DNA of 64,000 nucleotides from an uncultured Gammaproteobacteria bacterium (GCA_964568885.1 CAZMSF010000001.1:5217-69216); one strand, 5' to 3'; positions 48,647-57,129 are shown, numbered from the stretch's first letter. Notes: generated by a model not told the origin, from the sequence alone. Translations and numbers: made by a program.

Positions 48647-49012
48647 TTAGTTTCTGTTCCAGTCTCCTCCTCCGCGTCTGTCGTCTCTTCCTCCTCTTCC
48701 TCCGCCTCCGCGTCTGTCAAATCCTCCTCTGTTTCCACCTCCAAAGCCTCCGCCTTGTGGTCTTTCTTCTCGTGGTCGTGCGACTGAAACAAAAATTGTT
48801 CTGTCTCCCAAAGCCGACTTGTCAAGAGCAGTAATTGCTTCCTGAGCTTTTGCGTCGTCTTCAAGTTCTACGAACCCAAATCCTTTGCTTCTGCCGGTAT
48901 CCCGGTCAGTGATAAGGGTAGCTGAAAGAACAGCTCCGTAATCTGCAAATAATGTTTTAAGTTCGTCTTCTGTTGTTTGATAAGGTAAATTTCCAATATA
49001 AAGTTTTGTCAT
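48647..49012 (-). CDS. RRM-type RNA-binding protein with RGG/Gly-Arg-rich tail
   Basis: RNP-2 LYIGNL and RNP-1 KGFGFVEL; SD AAAGGTGGTGA. Confidence 0.85.
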   Translation of the reverse strand: MTKLYIGNLPYQTTEDELKTLFADYGAVLSATLITDRDTGRSKGFGFVELEDDAKAQEAITALDKSALGDRTIFVSVARPREERPQGGGFGGGNRGGFDRRGGGGRGGRDDRRGGGDWNRN

Positions 49013-49256
49013 TAATATTTCACCACCTTTCTATTTGGGATTAAATGTAGATTTGTATCAATAGTTATCTGGGGCTAAATGCGGCTTTCTTCCTCTTAGC
49101 TATTTGTATTATAGCATAAAATCGGTTTTGCAACAGAAAAAGTCTTGTAGGATTTTGCCTGTACATTTTGTACTCAATTTTTTACCTCAAAAAAGTACGT
49201 GAAGCGTCAAAGTTTTCATGATGTAGAAAGACATAGTGTATATAGTTTTTATATAG

Positions 49257-49285
49257 TTGACAGTAAGAAGGGGGGACATTATGAT
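49257..49285 (+). promoter_or_regulatory. Candidate sigma70 promoter TTGACA-17-TATGAT (alternative reading: SD plus ATG of a 20-aa ORF)
   Basis: Exact -35 hexamer and 17-nt spacer to TATGAT; plus-strand terminator lies about 35 nt downstream. Confidence 0.35.
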
Positions 49286-49311
49286 GGGATTAGTTTTGGG
49301 CTGCCTTACTA

Positions 49312-49341
49312 AACAACCCCGTTTATCGGGGTTGTTTTTTT
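49312..49341 (+). terminator. Plus-strand intrinsic terminator overlapping the 3' end of the minus-strand methyltransferase gene
   Basis: AACAACCCCG/CGGGGTTGTT 10-bp stem, 5-nt loop, TTTTT tract on the plus strand only. Confidence 0.6.
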
Positions 49342-49922
49342 GACAACACCAATGACCAGGCAAATGGATGTTTGCTTTTTACGACAGTTAGTCCATTTTT
49401 CTTAAGAAACGCTTCAAATCCCCAAAAGGTCCAGTGATTGATGTGTTCCGGGTGATTACCAAAACTTTTCAGATATTTTCCTCTCAAAAAATTGGCCATG
49501 ATAAAAAAGGGTTCATTCGGGACTGAAAAAATGATATATTTTGAAGTTACTCGCCTCATTTCCGCAACCGCCTTTGCCGGATTTTCCAAGTGTTCCAAAA
49601 CCTCGGTACAAATTACCAGGTCAAAAGAATTATCGGGATACTTAAGATCGTACACGTCACCTTTTGAAAGATTCAATTCGGGATAAATTTTTCTTCCTAT
49701 TTTTATCGCATCCGAAGAGTAGTCTATTCCTTCGTTTTTCTTTCCGATTTTTTTCTCCTCCAGCTTTTTAAGAGTAAATCCTTCTCCGCATCCTACGTCC
49801 AATATAGATACCGCCCGTAATGGCTTCACTATTTTGAAAAATTCCTTATAAAAATTCCCGATTAACGCTTTTTGAATAGGATTGGTATTCGCGTGTTTTT
49901 TATAATTGGTAGTAGTTGCCAC
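49323..49922 (-). CDS. Class I SAM-dependent methyltransferase
   Basis: ILDVGCGEG motif I, post-I acidic residue, FDLVICTEVLEH. Confidence 0.7.
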   Translation of the reverse strand: MATTTNYKKHANTNPIQKALIGNFYKEFFKIVKPLRAVSILDVGCGEGFTLKKLEEKKIGKKNEGIDYSSDAIKIGRKIYPELNLSKGDVYDLKYPDNSFDLVICTEVLEHLENPAKAVAEMRRVTSKYIIFSVPNEPFFIMANFLRGKYLKSFGNHPEHINHWTFWGFEAFLKKNGLTVVKSKHPFAWSLVLSKKQPR

Positions 49923-49987
49923 AGGTCTCTATTATCGTAGACGGCTCATTCCTTTTCAAGACCAATATTGTGTATACTGAAAAATGC

Positions 49988-50962
49988 ATGAAAATCGTCG
50001 GTAAATTCGTCCTGTGGTTTGTAATATTACTTGTTGGAAGCAATTTTGTACTGGCCGCAATTACTTATAGCCATAACGCGCACTTCTCCTCCTTGAGTTC
50101 AATAATCTCTCCACTCCCCCAAATTTTGACAAACGCTTTTGCCCACAAAGCCAATGCGAGCGATTTTTGGCAACCCAGTTTGCACGCTTTTCAAACGAGC
50201 CAAAAAAAGCCGGAATTGACTTCACGAGCAGCCATTTCTTACGATACTTCGACAGACACACTCCTCTATTCGAAGAATATTGACGAAAAACTACCTATTG
50301 CGTCTCTCACTAAAATCATGACTGCAGTGATAGCTCTTGAAAATATGAGTCTCACGGATAAAATAACGGTTTCAAAATCGGCCGCGACAGTAGGAGAGGA
50401 TTCTATGGGGCTCTCGGAAGGCGAAACGCTCACGCTTGAGGACTTGCTGCACGGCCTCATCCTTAATTCGGGAAATGATGCAGCAGAAAGTATAGCTCAA
50501 GGAAGCAAATTCAAGCGGGATGATTTTTTGCATCTTATGAATAAAAAAGCCGAAGACCTGGGACTAACAAACACCCGCTTCTCCAATCCATCAGGCCTTC
50601 AGGGGGACGGGGTGCAGTACAGTACCGTAAAAGAACTTCTTGTTTTGACCCGGTATGCTCTCCAAAAAGAAGAATTTAGAAAAATTGCGGCAACCTATGA
50701 ATACGATATTCCCCAAACTCCCGAGCACAAAGCATTTACTCTTTACAATGAAACAAATCTTCTGACAACCTATCCCGGAGTCAAAGGGGTAAAGACGGGC
50801 TTTACGGATGAGGCCGGAATGTGTCTCGTGACATACCTTGACTATCAAGGGCACAAAATAATTGCGGTGTTGTTAAATAGCGGCAACAGACGGCAGGAGA
50901 TGATGGAACTGTTAGACTATAGCCTCAAAAGTCTCGGTGTGAACCCGCCTTCCCACGGATAG
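49988..50962 (+). CDS. dacA?: D-alanyl-D-alanine carboxypeptidase (peptidase S11, DacA/PBP5-like)
   Basis: Signal peptide from ATG 49988; SxxK (ASLTK), SGN (LNSGND), KTG (KTGFTD). Confidence 0.8.
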   Translation: MKIVGKFVLWFVILLVGSNFVLAAITYSHNAHFSSLSSIISPLPQILTNAFAHKANASDFWQPSLHAFQTSQKKPELTSRAAISYDTSTDTLLYSKNIDEKLPIASLTKIMTAVIALENMSLTDKITVSKSAATVGEDSMGLSEGETLTLEDLLHGLILNSGNDAAESIAQGSKFKRDDFLHLMNKKAEDLGLTNTRFSNPSGLQGDGVQYSTVKELLVLTRYALQKEEFRKIAATYEYDIPQTPEHKAFTLYNETNLLTTYPGVKGVKTGFTDEAGMCLVTYLDYQGHKIIAVLLNSGNRRQEMMELLDYSLKSLGVNPPSHG

Positions 50963-51058
50963 TTTGTGTTTGAGGCGTGTTTGCTTCGCACCATTTTTTC
51001 GCTTCGCTTCAAAATCGAGCGGTCTGCCGTGAAACTGGCAGCGAGGACCGCTTGTTTG

Positions 51059-51139
51059 TGCCTGAGGCGGGACTCGAACCCGCATGACTTGCGCCACACG
51101 CTCTTAAGGCGTGCGTGTATACCATTCCACCACTCAGGC
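51059..51139 (-). tRNA. tRNA-Leu: tRNA-Leu (anticodon TAA)
   Basis: Acceptor GCCTGAG/CTCAGGC, anticodon loop CTTAAGA, long variable arm, T-arm GCGGGTTCGAGTCCCGC. Confidence 0.8.
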
Positions 51140-51182
51140 GTTTTTTTATTTTAATGCACCTCAAGTTCAAACACAAGGTGAC

Positions 51183-51758
51183 TCAGCGGATATTGTGCTT
51201 CAAAAAGTCGATTATTTGTGCATGGTGAGAATAGAAAATCCACATATTAAGAAGAACCAGTCCCGGAAAGACAATACCTTTCTCAATTATTCCCCCGGTA
51301 TGAAACCGCAATACCTTGAGAGGTGGAATTCCGATGTGAAGTGGTATCGGAAATAGCCAGGGAACCCCGTCGTGGGTGAAGGTGTCCGTCACCAAATGAG
51401 AAACAACCCCTATCATAAAGGCCCACCAGACGATATTCATATCAACTATAAGAACACCTGAGATAAGCATCAAAAACAGCTTTGATAAAACCCCAAAAAG
51501 AATTATGCCCAATATTGAGTGGGAAATGAATCTGTGTCCTCCAAAAAGCGGTGAAATAAATTTACCAAATAGAGTCCCGAGCGTCATTCTATGCCACAAC
51601 GCGCCGGTTGGCTGATCGATATCGGGGGTAAGACCGCCTATCATATTCGCAGAAAATGCAACAAAAGCCGTTGCCAAAGACATATGAGAGATAGGCTGGG
51701 TTGCAACTATAAATGACACGGCGGTGAATGCGGCTAAATCATGTGTTCTTCCTGTCAT
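51183..51758 (-). CDS. Membrane-bound metal-dependent hydrolase (DUF457/YdjM-like)
   Basis: MTGRTHDLAAFTAV...H..D pattern and five TM helices. Confidence 0.55.
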   Translation of the reverse strand: MTGRTHDLAAFTAVSFIVATQPISHMSLATAFVAFSANMIGGLTPDIDQPTGALWHRMTLGTLFGKFISPLFGGHRFISHSILGIILFGVLSKLFLMLISGVLIVDMNIVWWAFMIGVVSHLVTDTFTHDGVPWLFPIPLHIGIPPLKVLRFHTGGIIEKGIVFPGLVLLNMWIFYSHHAQIIDFLKHNIR

Positions 51759-52645
51759 TTGAGGTTTTTACTGAAAAAATCACCTACCGTTTGCTTGTAT
51801 AACTCGGGATTCGTCTTGAATGTTTCCACATGTTTTGCGCCGGGAAAAAGAACTCTCTGTCCTTTATCAACAAGGGTAAGCAAATCGGCACTGTTTTGGG
51901 GAGGAATAAGTGTGTCATTCTCTCCGTGCAAAAAAAGCAACGGCGTCTCTTTCAATGGGGATATGTAATCCACCGGCCGCACAACATCTACATCGATTCT
52001 GTATAACGTTTTTGCTGCAAAATAAATACCCGGGTGAAGAAAAAGAGGTACATTATGCTCTTTTAACATAATATCCGACACAATCGGCCGGACAACGGTA
52101 GCAGGACTATCAAGCACAATCCCACCTGCTGCCTTCACGTCGTTTGAGGCCATTATTGTTGCGATTGCACCTAATGAATCACTGATAATTCCGATGCTTT
52201 GCGGCTTATATTCTTGTCCTACAAGATATTCAAAAGCTCCCGCAACGTCATTTCTTTCATATTGTCCAAAACTTATCCGCGAATATTGGGACTCCCCTGT
52301 CCCTCGAAGGTCAAAAAGTAAAATTGTATATCCCAAATCAAGAAAATATTTCGCTATCTCAGGTGTTCCATATACTTCATTTGCACGATTCATGTTCCCC
52401 GCACCGTGTACAAACATGATAGCCTTGCCATTGGTCCCCGGGAAGAACCAGCCTGCAAGCTGCAGGTTGTCTTTTGAGCGGAAAACTACATCGGCTCCCC
52501 GTCCGATATTTGCCTTGTCATAGGTGACGGGACTTTTGCCGGGGACGGTCAAAACAGAGGCTATATAGATACTTACACCAATGTATGCAATAACTGCAAG
52601 AAGTATAAGTCCTGCAATAATTTGAAATAGCCGGATGCCAAACAT
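51755..52645 (-). CDS. Alpha/beta-hydrolase fold protein (membrane-anchored)
   Basis: N-terminal TM, HGAG oxyanion region, nucleophile elbow ISDSLGA. Confidence 0.7.
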   Translation of the reverse strand: MFGIRLFQIIAGLILLAVIAYIGVSIYIASVLTVPGKSPVTYDKANIGRGADVVFRSKDNLQLAGWFFPGTNGKAIMFVHGAGNMNRANEVYGTPEIAKYFLDLGYTILLFDLRGTGESQYSRISFGQYERNDVAGAFEYLVGQEYKPQSIGIISDSLGAIATIMASNDVKAAGGIVLDSPATVVRPIVSDIMLKEHNVPLFLHPGIYFAAKTLYRIDVDVVRPVDYISPLKETPLLFLHGENDTLIPPQNSADLLTLVDKGQRVLFPGAKHVETFKTNPELYKQTVGDFFSKNLK

Positions 52646-52676
52646 TTTTTAAGTGTAGCAGAAAACTGAAAACTAT

Positions 52677-52765
52677 TACCAGTCCTTGCGAGAAGCAGAG
52701 CTTGCAGGCTCGATTGCTACCAATCATTTTTGTAAGCAAAGCTTGCAAAAAACCCTTACCAGTCT
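52677..52765. repeat. Intergenic repeat block: two copies of the palindromic element (GAAGCAGAGCTTGC and GTAAGCAAAGCTTGC) flanked by TTACCAGTC direct repeats
   Basis: TTACCAGTC at 52677-52685 and 52757-52765; element copies at 52692-52705 and 52732-52746. Confidence 0.45.
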
Positions 52766-53955
52766 TTTTTGTAGTACTTTTTTCCTTGAAGTTCTTTGGG
52801 AAGGTATTCCTGGTCTACTTTTTTCCCTTCCTTTTCTTCTTTCCATGCGTACCGCACATGTCCTTCACCGTACCCTAAATTTTTCATTACTTTGTTTGAA
52901 GCATTTCTCAAGTGCATGGGAATCGTAGGCAAATTCTCCATTTCAACGTCAGCCAGAGCCTGGAAAATTCCTGTTGTTGAAGCTATGCTCTTTTTTGCGG
53001 TCGCAAGTAAGGTCGCTGTCTGGGCCAAAATGAGCTGAGCCTCGGGAAGTCCTATCATATGAACCGCTTGCATCGCGCTTGTGGCAACCACCAGCGCCGT
53101 CGGCTGGGCGTTCCCGATATCCTCCGAGGCAAATACCACCATGCGCCGGGCTATAAACATCGGGTCTTCCCCCGCTTTTAACATCCGTGCCAAATAATGA
53201 AGCGTCGCATCCGGGTCATTCCCACGCATGCTTTTGATAAAGGCAGAAATTGTATCGTAATGGTAATCTCCTTTTTTGTCATAATAAACTGCTCTTCGTT
53301 GCATTGCATCCTCGGCTGTTTTTAGATCTAGCTTTTTAGATAAGGAAACCGCAACTTCAATTGCATTTATCGCAAATCTGGCATCCCCATTTGAATATTT
53401 AACTATGTGAGAAATTGCCTCGTCCGTTGCTCTTGCCTTTGGAAAAAGAGACAGTGCCCGCCTTACTACCTTTTCAATGTCAATATCTTCAAGCGGCTTT
53501 AAGACAAAAAGCTGCGAACGGGATAAGAGCGGCGCATTTACCCGAAAACCCGGATTTTCCGTCGTCGCCCCAATAAGAAGTATCGTTCCGTTTTCAACGT
53601 GAGGCAAGAATGCATCCTGTTGAGCCTTATTGAAACGGTGAATTTCGTCCACAAAAAGAACAGTCATTTTCCCTTTTTCTTCCTTTATGGCTTGAGCATG
53701 TTTTATGACGTTTCGAACGTCGGCAACGCCCGATGTTACGGCAGAGAAAAAAATGAACTCTGCATCAATTGAATTTGCAATGACGGTTGCCAGAGTTGTC
53801 TTTCCGCATCCCGGTGGTCCCCAAAATATCATGGAAAAAACTTGCCCACGCTCTATCATCGTGCGGATTGGTTTTCCTTTTCCTACCAAATGCTCTTGTC
53901 CTATGAACTCATCCAACGTTTTGGGGCGCATTCTCTCTGCCAGAGGTATTTGCAT
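52756..53955 (-). CDS. rarA: Replication-associated recombination protein A (AAA+ ATPase)
   Basis: Walker A GPPGCGKTT, Walker B FVDEIHRFN, MgsA/RarA C-terminal tetramerisation region. Confidence 0.85.
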   Translation of the reverse strand: MQIPLAERMRPKTLDEFIGQEHLVGKGKPIRTMIERGQVFSMIFWGPPGCGKTTLATVIANSIDAEFIFFSAVTSGVADVRNVIKHAQAIKEEKGKMTVLFVDEIHRFNKAQQDAFLPHVENGTILLIGATTENPGFRVNAPLLSRSQLFVLKPLEDIDIEKVVRRALSLFPKARATDEAISHIVKYSNGDARFAINAIEVAVSLSKKLDLKTAEDAMQRRAVYYDKKGDYHYDTISAFIKSMRGNDPDATLHYLARMLKAGEDPMFIARRMVVFASEDIGNAQPTALVVATSAMQAVHMIGLPEAQLILAQTATLLATAKKSIASTTGIFQALADVEMENLPTIPMHLRNASNKVMKNLGYGEGHVRYAWKEEKEGKKVDQEYLPKELQGKKYYKKDW

Positions 53956-54014
53956 GAGTCTATTCTAACACTTCAAAACAACCCATTTGTTTTGTAAAAT
54001 AGACAAACATAAAG

Positions 54015-54069
54015 AAGTTAGGGCCCGTAGTTCACCGGTAAGCAAAGCTTGCCGCTGCACTCGGGTCAG
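54015..54069 (+). pseudogene. tRNA-Ala 5'-fragment copy (26 nt identical to the real gene start plus 6-nt flank) fused to palindromic element and a degenerate acceptor 3' strand
   Basis: AAGTTAGGGCCCGTAGTTCACCGGTA at 54015-54040 is identical to 54070-54095; followed by AGCAAAGCTTGCCG hairpin and CTCGGGTCAG. Confidence 0.6.
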
Positions 54070-54075
54070 AAGTTA

Positions 54076-54146
54076 GGGCCCGTAGTTCACCGGTAGAATG
54101 CATCCATGGCATGGATGAGAAAGGAGTTCGATTCTCCTCGGGTCCA
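54076..54146 (+). tRNA. tRNA-Ala: tRNA-Ala (anticodon GGC)
   Basis: Acceptor GGGCCCG/CGGGTCC with G3:U70, anticodon stem CATCC/GGATG with loop ATGGCAT, T-arm AGGAGTTCGATTCTCCT. Confidence 0.8.
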
Positions 54147-54148
54147 CA

Positions 54149-54275
54149 ACAAAGTGAAAAGGTGAGCTTGTTGCGAGCAACCGGCTGCGCCGGAACGAAT
54201 CCCCTAAGGTCCACACCAGGAAAGGCTGTTGTTTGCAGCAACTGACTGCGTCAGAACGATTCTCCTCGGGTCCAC
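54149..54275 (+). repeat. Two tandem degenerate units of about 60 nt, each ending in a copy of the tRNA-Ala 3' end (GGTCCACA)
   Basis: CGGAACGAATCCCCTAAGGTCCACA (54191-54215) and CAGAACGATTCTCCTCGGGTCCACA (54251-54275) versus tRNA end GGAGTTCGATTCTCCTCGGGTCCACA. Confidence 0.6.
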
Positions 54276-54295
54276 AGTACCCTTTTTGATACGTA

Positions 54296-54829
54296 TTGAC
54301 AACGCGGCCTTCCGGTGGCATAGTAAGGAAAATGGAAAACAACGAAACAACTCCCTCAAAGAAAGGCATGTCTCCCATGATGATTGGCGGAATCGTTATT
54401 CTTATTATTGTTGTTATCGGTGCAATTGTCTTTATGACAAAGGGAGGCTCTAAATCGACCTCTGAAACGACCAATACCCCCAGTTCTGCACCGACGCAAG
54501 CGACTCAACAGGCACCTGCCGAGGGAAGCGCAATGGAAGAAAAGAAAGAAGGAGCCGTAAAAACTTTCACCATTGAGGCATCTAGCTTTAAATTCTCACC
54601 AAATACAATGACAGTTAATGAGGGAGATATGGTAAAAATTACTTTCAAAAACACCCAAGGGTTTCATGACTTTGCTCTCGATGAATTCAACGTCAAATCA
54701 AAGACTATTTCTGCCGGTCAGACCGAGGAAATACAATTTGTTGCAAGCAAAAAGGGATCCTTTGAATTCTATTGCTCTGTTGGTAATCACAGAGCCATGG
54801 GGATGACCGGGACACTCACCGTTAACTAA
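54296..54829 (+). CDS. Membrane-anchored cupredoxin (type-1 blue copper protein, plastocyanin/azurin-like); true start probably an internal Met
   Basis: TM anchor, S/T-rich linker, cupredoxin fold with His (GFHDF), Cys-x4-His (YCSVGNH) and Met (AMGM) ligands. Confidence 0.7.
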   Translation: MTTRPSGGIVRKMENNETTPSKKGMSPMMIGGIVILIIVVIGAIVFMTKGGSKSTSETTNTPSSAPTQATQQAPAEGSAMEEKKEGAVKTFTIEASSFKFSPNTMTVNEGDMVKITFKNTQGFHDFALDEFNVKSKTISAGQTEEIQFVASKKGSFEFYCSVGNHRAMGMTGTLTVN

Positions 54830-54894
54830 TGATGACGGCAAGCTTTGCTTACCGCTAGTTGACCATGTGGCAAGCTTTGCTCACCGTTAACTAA
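54815..54894. repeat. 15-nt exact direct repeat CTCACCGTTAACTAA (first copy is the cupredoxin gene end) flanking two copies of GGCAAGCTTTGCT
   Basis: DR at 54815-54829 and 54880-54894; near-perfect hairpin CGGCAAGCTTTGCTTACCG at 54836-54854. Confidence 0.6.
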
Positions 54895-54898
54895 CCTT

Positions 54899-55822
54899 CT
54901 ATTTTGTTTTCATTCTTTCGCTGACTACTTGAGTTAACATTTGCACTTTGTTGTAAACCACTTCAAAAACTGTCCGTTTCTTACAAATTTCGTTAAGAGC
55001 AGCCGTATCTTCGCTGCTTGGTTGTAAAACTGTCGTTGTTTGAGGGTACATTATCGAATTTTCATTATCAATGTGATCAAGACCCAGAGCATGGCCGAAT
55101 TCGTGGGTCAAAGTATGCAAAAATTCATCCTTCGAAATGTCTATATAAATACTGATTTTTCGCTTTGCTCCTTCCTGTTCATAAAGTCCCTCCTCAGGCC
55201 GGAATTGCAGAACCTGCTTGTAATTGTCTATTGTTTGATTCAGTTTCTGAGCGTTTAGGTTGTATTCTTGAGTAGATTGCCCCAAACTTTGTGCCTCCTC
55301 GTTGAGGCTTTTGGCCTCGACCTGCAGCTCTCTTTGAGAGGAGACCAGCTTGTCATATTCCTCTTTTGGAGCCCCTCCGCGGCTATTCCAATACTGAATC
55401 TGCTGATTTAACTGATTTACTTTTACTTCAAAATCTTCTTGCTTTTTCTTGAAAGCGGCAATCTTCGGATCGATATCCCCTTGTTTTTGCTTCAAATCGC
55501 TATTGAGTTGAGTAATTTCGCTTGTGAGAGCTTGCCTTGAGTCATACACCATATTGATAGTAAAGGTGGAATTCGAGTCATAAACGAACAGTTGTTTGTT
55601 TTGGGTCGTATTCCAAATATTGGCCGCAGCTTTTGCATCCGTCAAAAGCTCATCCGAGGTAACATTGAACCGTGAGTCAATTGAACCGATAGAATAGGCT
55701 ATTGATGTATCGCACGGAGAATAATAGACAACTTTTTCCATAAGGGCTTTCCCCTGTGGGGTAAACACTACAAAAAAAGCAATCAAAAACACTAAAGCGG
55801 CAATTATCCAAATTCGCTTCAT
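54899..55822 (-). CDS. Zinc metalloprotease, matrixin-like (peptidase M10), secreted/anchored
   Basis: HEFGHALGLDH zincin HExxHxxGxxH motif plus Met-turn (SIMYP); signal/TM from internal Met. Confidence 0.7.
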   Translation of the reverse strand: MKRIWIIAALVFLIAFFVVFTPQGKALMEKVVYYSPCDTSIAYSIGSIDSRFNVTSDELLTDAKAAANIWNTTQNKQLFVYDSNSTFTINMVYDSRQALTSEITQLNSDLKQKQGDIDPKIAAFKKKQEDFEVKVNQLNQQIQYWNSRGGAPKEEYDKLVSSQRELQVEAKSLNEEAQSLGQSTQEYNLNAQKLNQTIDNYKQVLQFRPEEGLYEQEGAKRKISIYIDISKDEFLHTLTHEFGHALGLDHIDNENSIMYPQTTTVLQPSSEDTAALNEICKKRTVFEVVYNKVQMLTQVVSERMKTK

Positions 55823-55859
55823 AATAGAATTGTAGTAGAGTCTAGACGTGGTTTCAAAT

Positions 55860-56651
55860 TTAAGGATGAATATTGAATATCTTTTCGATAACAAAAAGCG
55901 CAATAAAAATTGTTAAGACGCCCATAAGCAAAGAGAGAGTTTCTCTTATTGCCAATCCTTTTTTGTTCTCGTGGTGAATTTCGGGGATAAGATCTGAAAG
56001 GGATATGTATAAAAAGAAACCCGATGTCAGAGAAAGAAAAATCACAGAAAGGCTTTCAATCCTGCTTCCATAATAGTAGGCAAGTACTGCGCCCAAAAAA
56101 GAAGCCAATGCGCTGACGATATTGACCGTCAACACCTTTTTTCTACTCATTTTATTTTTCAACATTACCCCAAAATCACCAATTTCTTGTGGTATTTCGT
56201 GGGCTCCAACTGCAAATGTCGTAATAATTCCAAGAGGAACATTTGCGATAAAAGTTGCGGCTATGGCGACTCCGTCAATAAAATTGTGTATGGTGTCTCC
56301 AATAATCATAAGAGGAACAATTGGTTTTCCCTTAATCTCGTGCTCCTCAAAACTATGATGATGAAACCAATGAAGAAATCTCTCTAAAATGAAAAAAAAC
56401 AAAGCTCCGGATAAAGTCCAAGAAAACACAAAAGAGTTATCAATATGAAGTTGTCTTGCTAAATCCAAAGATTCGGGAAGCAAATCAAAGAATACTGTCC
56501 CAAGAAGTGTCCCTGCTGCAAACGAAGAAAGTATGTGGGATATTCTATAAGCATAGTCCTGTTTAAAAAGTAAAAACACCCCACCCATCAATGAAATGAC
56601 GCTTCCCAAAAAATTGAATAGTAGAATTAAAAAAAATGTATTCATTGACAA
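55860..56651 (-). CDS. zupT: ZIP-family zinc transporter (ZupT-like)
   Basis: 8 TM helices, His-rich loop (HWFHHHSFEEHE), HEIPQEIGDFG signature. Confidence 0.8.
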   Translation of the reverse strand: MSMNTFFLILLFNFLGSVISLMGGVFLLFKQDYAYRISHILSSFAAGTLLGTVFFDLLPESLDLARQLHIDNSFVFSWTLSGALFFFILERFLHWFHHHSFEEHEIKGKPIVPLMIIGDTIHNFIDGVAIAATFIANVPLGIITTFAVGAHEIPQEIGDFGVMLKNKMSRKKVLTVNIVSALASFLGAVLAYYYGSRIESLSVIFLSLTSGFFLYISLSDLIPEIHHENKKGLAIRETLSLLMGVLTIFIALFVIEKIFNIHP

Positions 56652-57049
56652 TCACGGCACATCCCGTAAAATTCAAGAGAATGGTTTTCTACCCGAAAAC
56701 CTGTACTTTCATTAATTTCTTTTTCAAGCCTTTTTATATTGCACCTTGAAACGTCTTCAATCCTCCCGCAGTTTTTACAAATTGCGTGATGATGTTCCTC
56801 CCGCTTTGCTTCATAAAAGAATTTCTTTTCCTGGAATTGTAACCGTGAAATCAAATCCTTTTGAATAAAGTTCTCAATTATGCGGTAAATTGTTGCCTGA
56901 TCCGCATCGACTCTTCTTTTTGAGATAAGGTCCCAAATGGAAGCGATATCTAAGGGTTTTTGTGCTTCAGTAAGAACATTTAAAACCGCTAACCTGGCCG
57001 GGGTGACCCGAAGCCCTTTATTTCTTATTAAATCTTTCTGAATACTCAT
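56642..57049 (-). CDS. zur: Fur-family metalloregulator (Zur-like), probably leaderless from ATG at 57049
   Basis: N-terminal winged helix, HHHAICKNCG and CRDC metal sites; overlaps zupT by 10 nt. Confidence 0.8.
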   Translation of the reverse strand: MSIQKDLIRNKGLRVTPARLAVLNVLTEAQKPLDIASIWDLISKRRVDADQATIYRIIENFIQKDLISRLQFQEKKFFYEAKREEHHHAICKNCGRIEDVSRCNIKRLEKEINESTGFRVENHSLEFYGMCRDCQ

Positions 57050-57055
57050 GCAACA

Positions 57056-57084
57056 AGTATATGCAAATAGTTCGCATTTGTCAA
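57056..57084 (-). promoter_or_regulatory. Candidate zur promoter TTGACA-17-TATACT abutting the ATG; partially palindromic spacer TGCGAACTATTTGCA as possible Zur box
   Basis: -10 ends 6 nt before the ATG at 57049 and there is no SD, so the mRNA looks leaderless. Confidence 0.4.
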
Positions 57085-57103
57085 ATGTGAGGGTTTTCAC
57101 ACA

Positions 57104-57129
57104 TTAACAGACCATTTCTGGTCTGTTAA
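57104..57129. promoter_or_regulatory. Perfect 11-bp inverted repeat TTAACAGACCA-TTTC-TGGTCTGTTAA upstream of the zur promoter
   Basis: Exact dyad, no flanking U-tract on either strand; operator-like or attenuator hairpin. Confidence 0.45.

Noticed and set aside
48720-48800. Repetitive DNA inside the RRM protein gene 3' region
   Set aside because: It encodes the RGG/Gly-Arg low-complexity tail of the RNA-binding protein. It is a coding low-complexity region, not a non-coding repeat.
51140-51182. Hairpin GCACCTCAAGTTCAAACACAAGGTGAC upstream of tRNA-Leu as a terminator
   Set aside because: On the transcribed (minus) strand it is followed by an A-rich rather than U-rich tract. More likely a weak structural element or part of the tRNA promoter region.
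56642-57100. GTG start at 57100 for the Fur-family gene (ORF-track start)
   Set aside because: Fur-family N-termini align from the internal Met (MSIQKDL...). A near-consensus promoter (TTGACA-17-TATACT) sits immediately upstream of the ATG at 57049, indicating a leaderless transcript.
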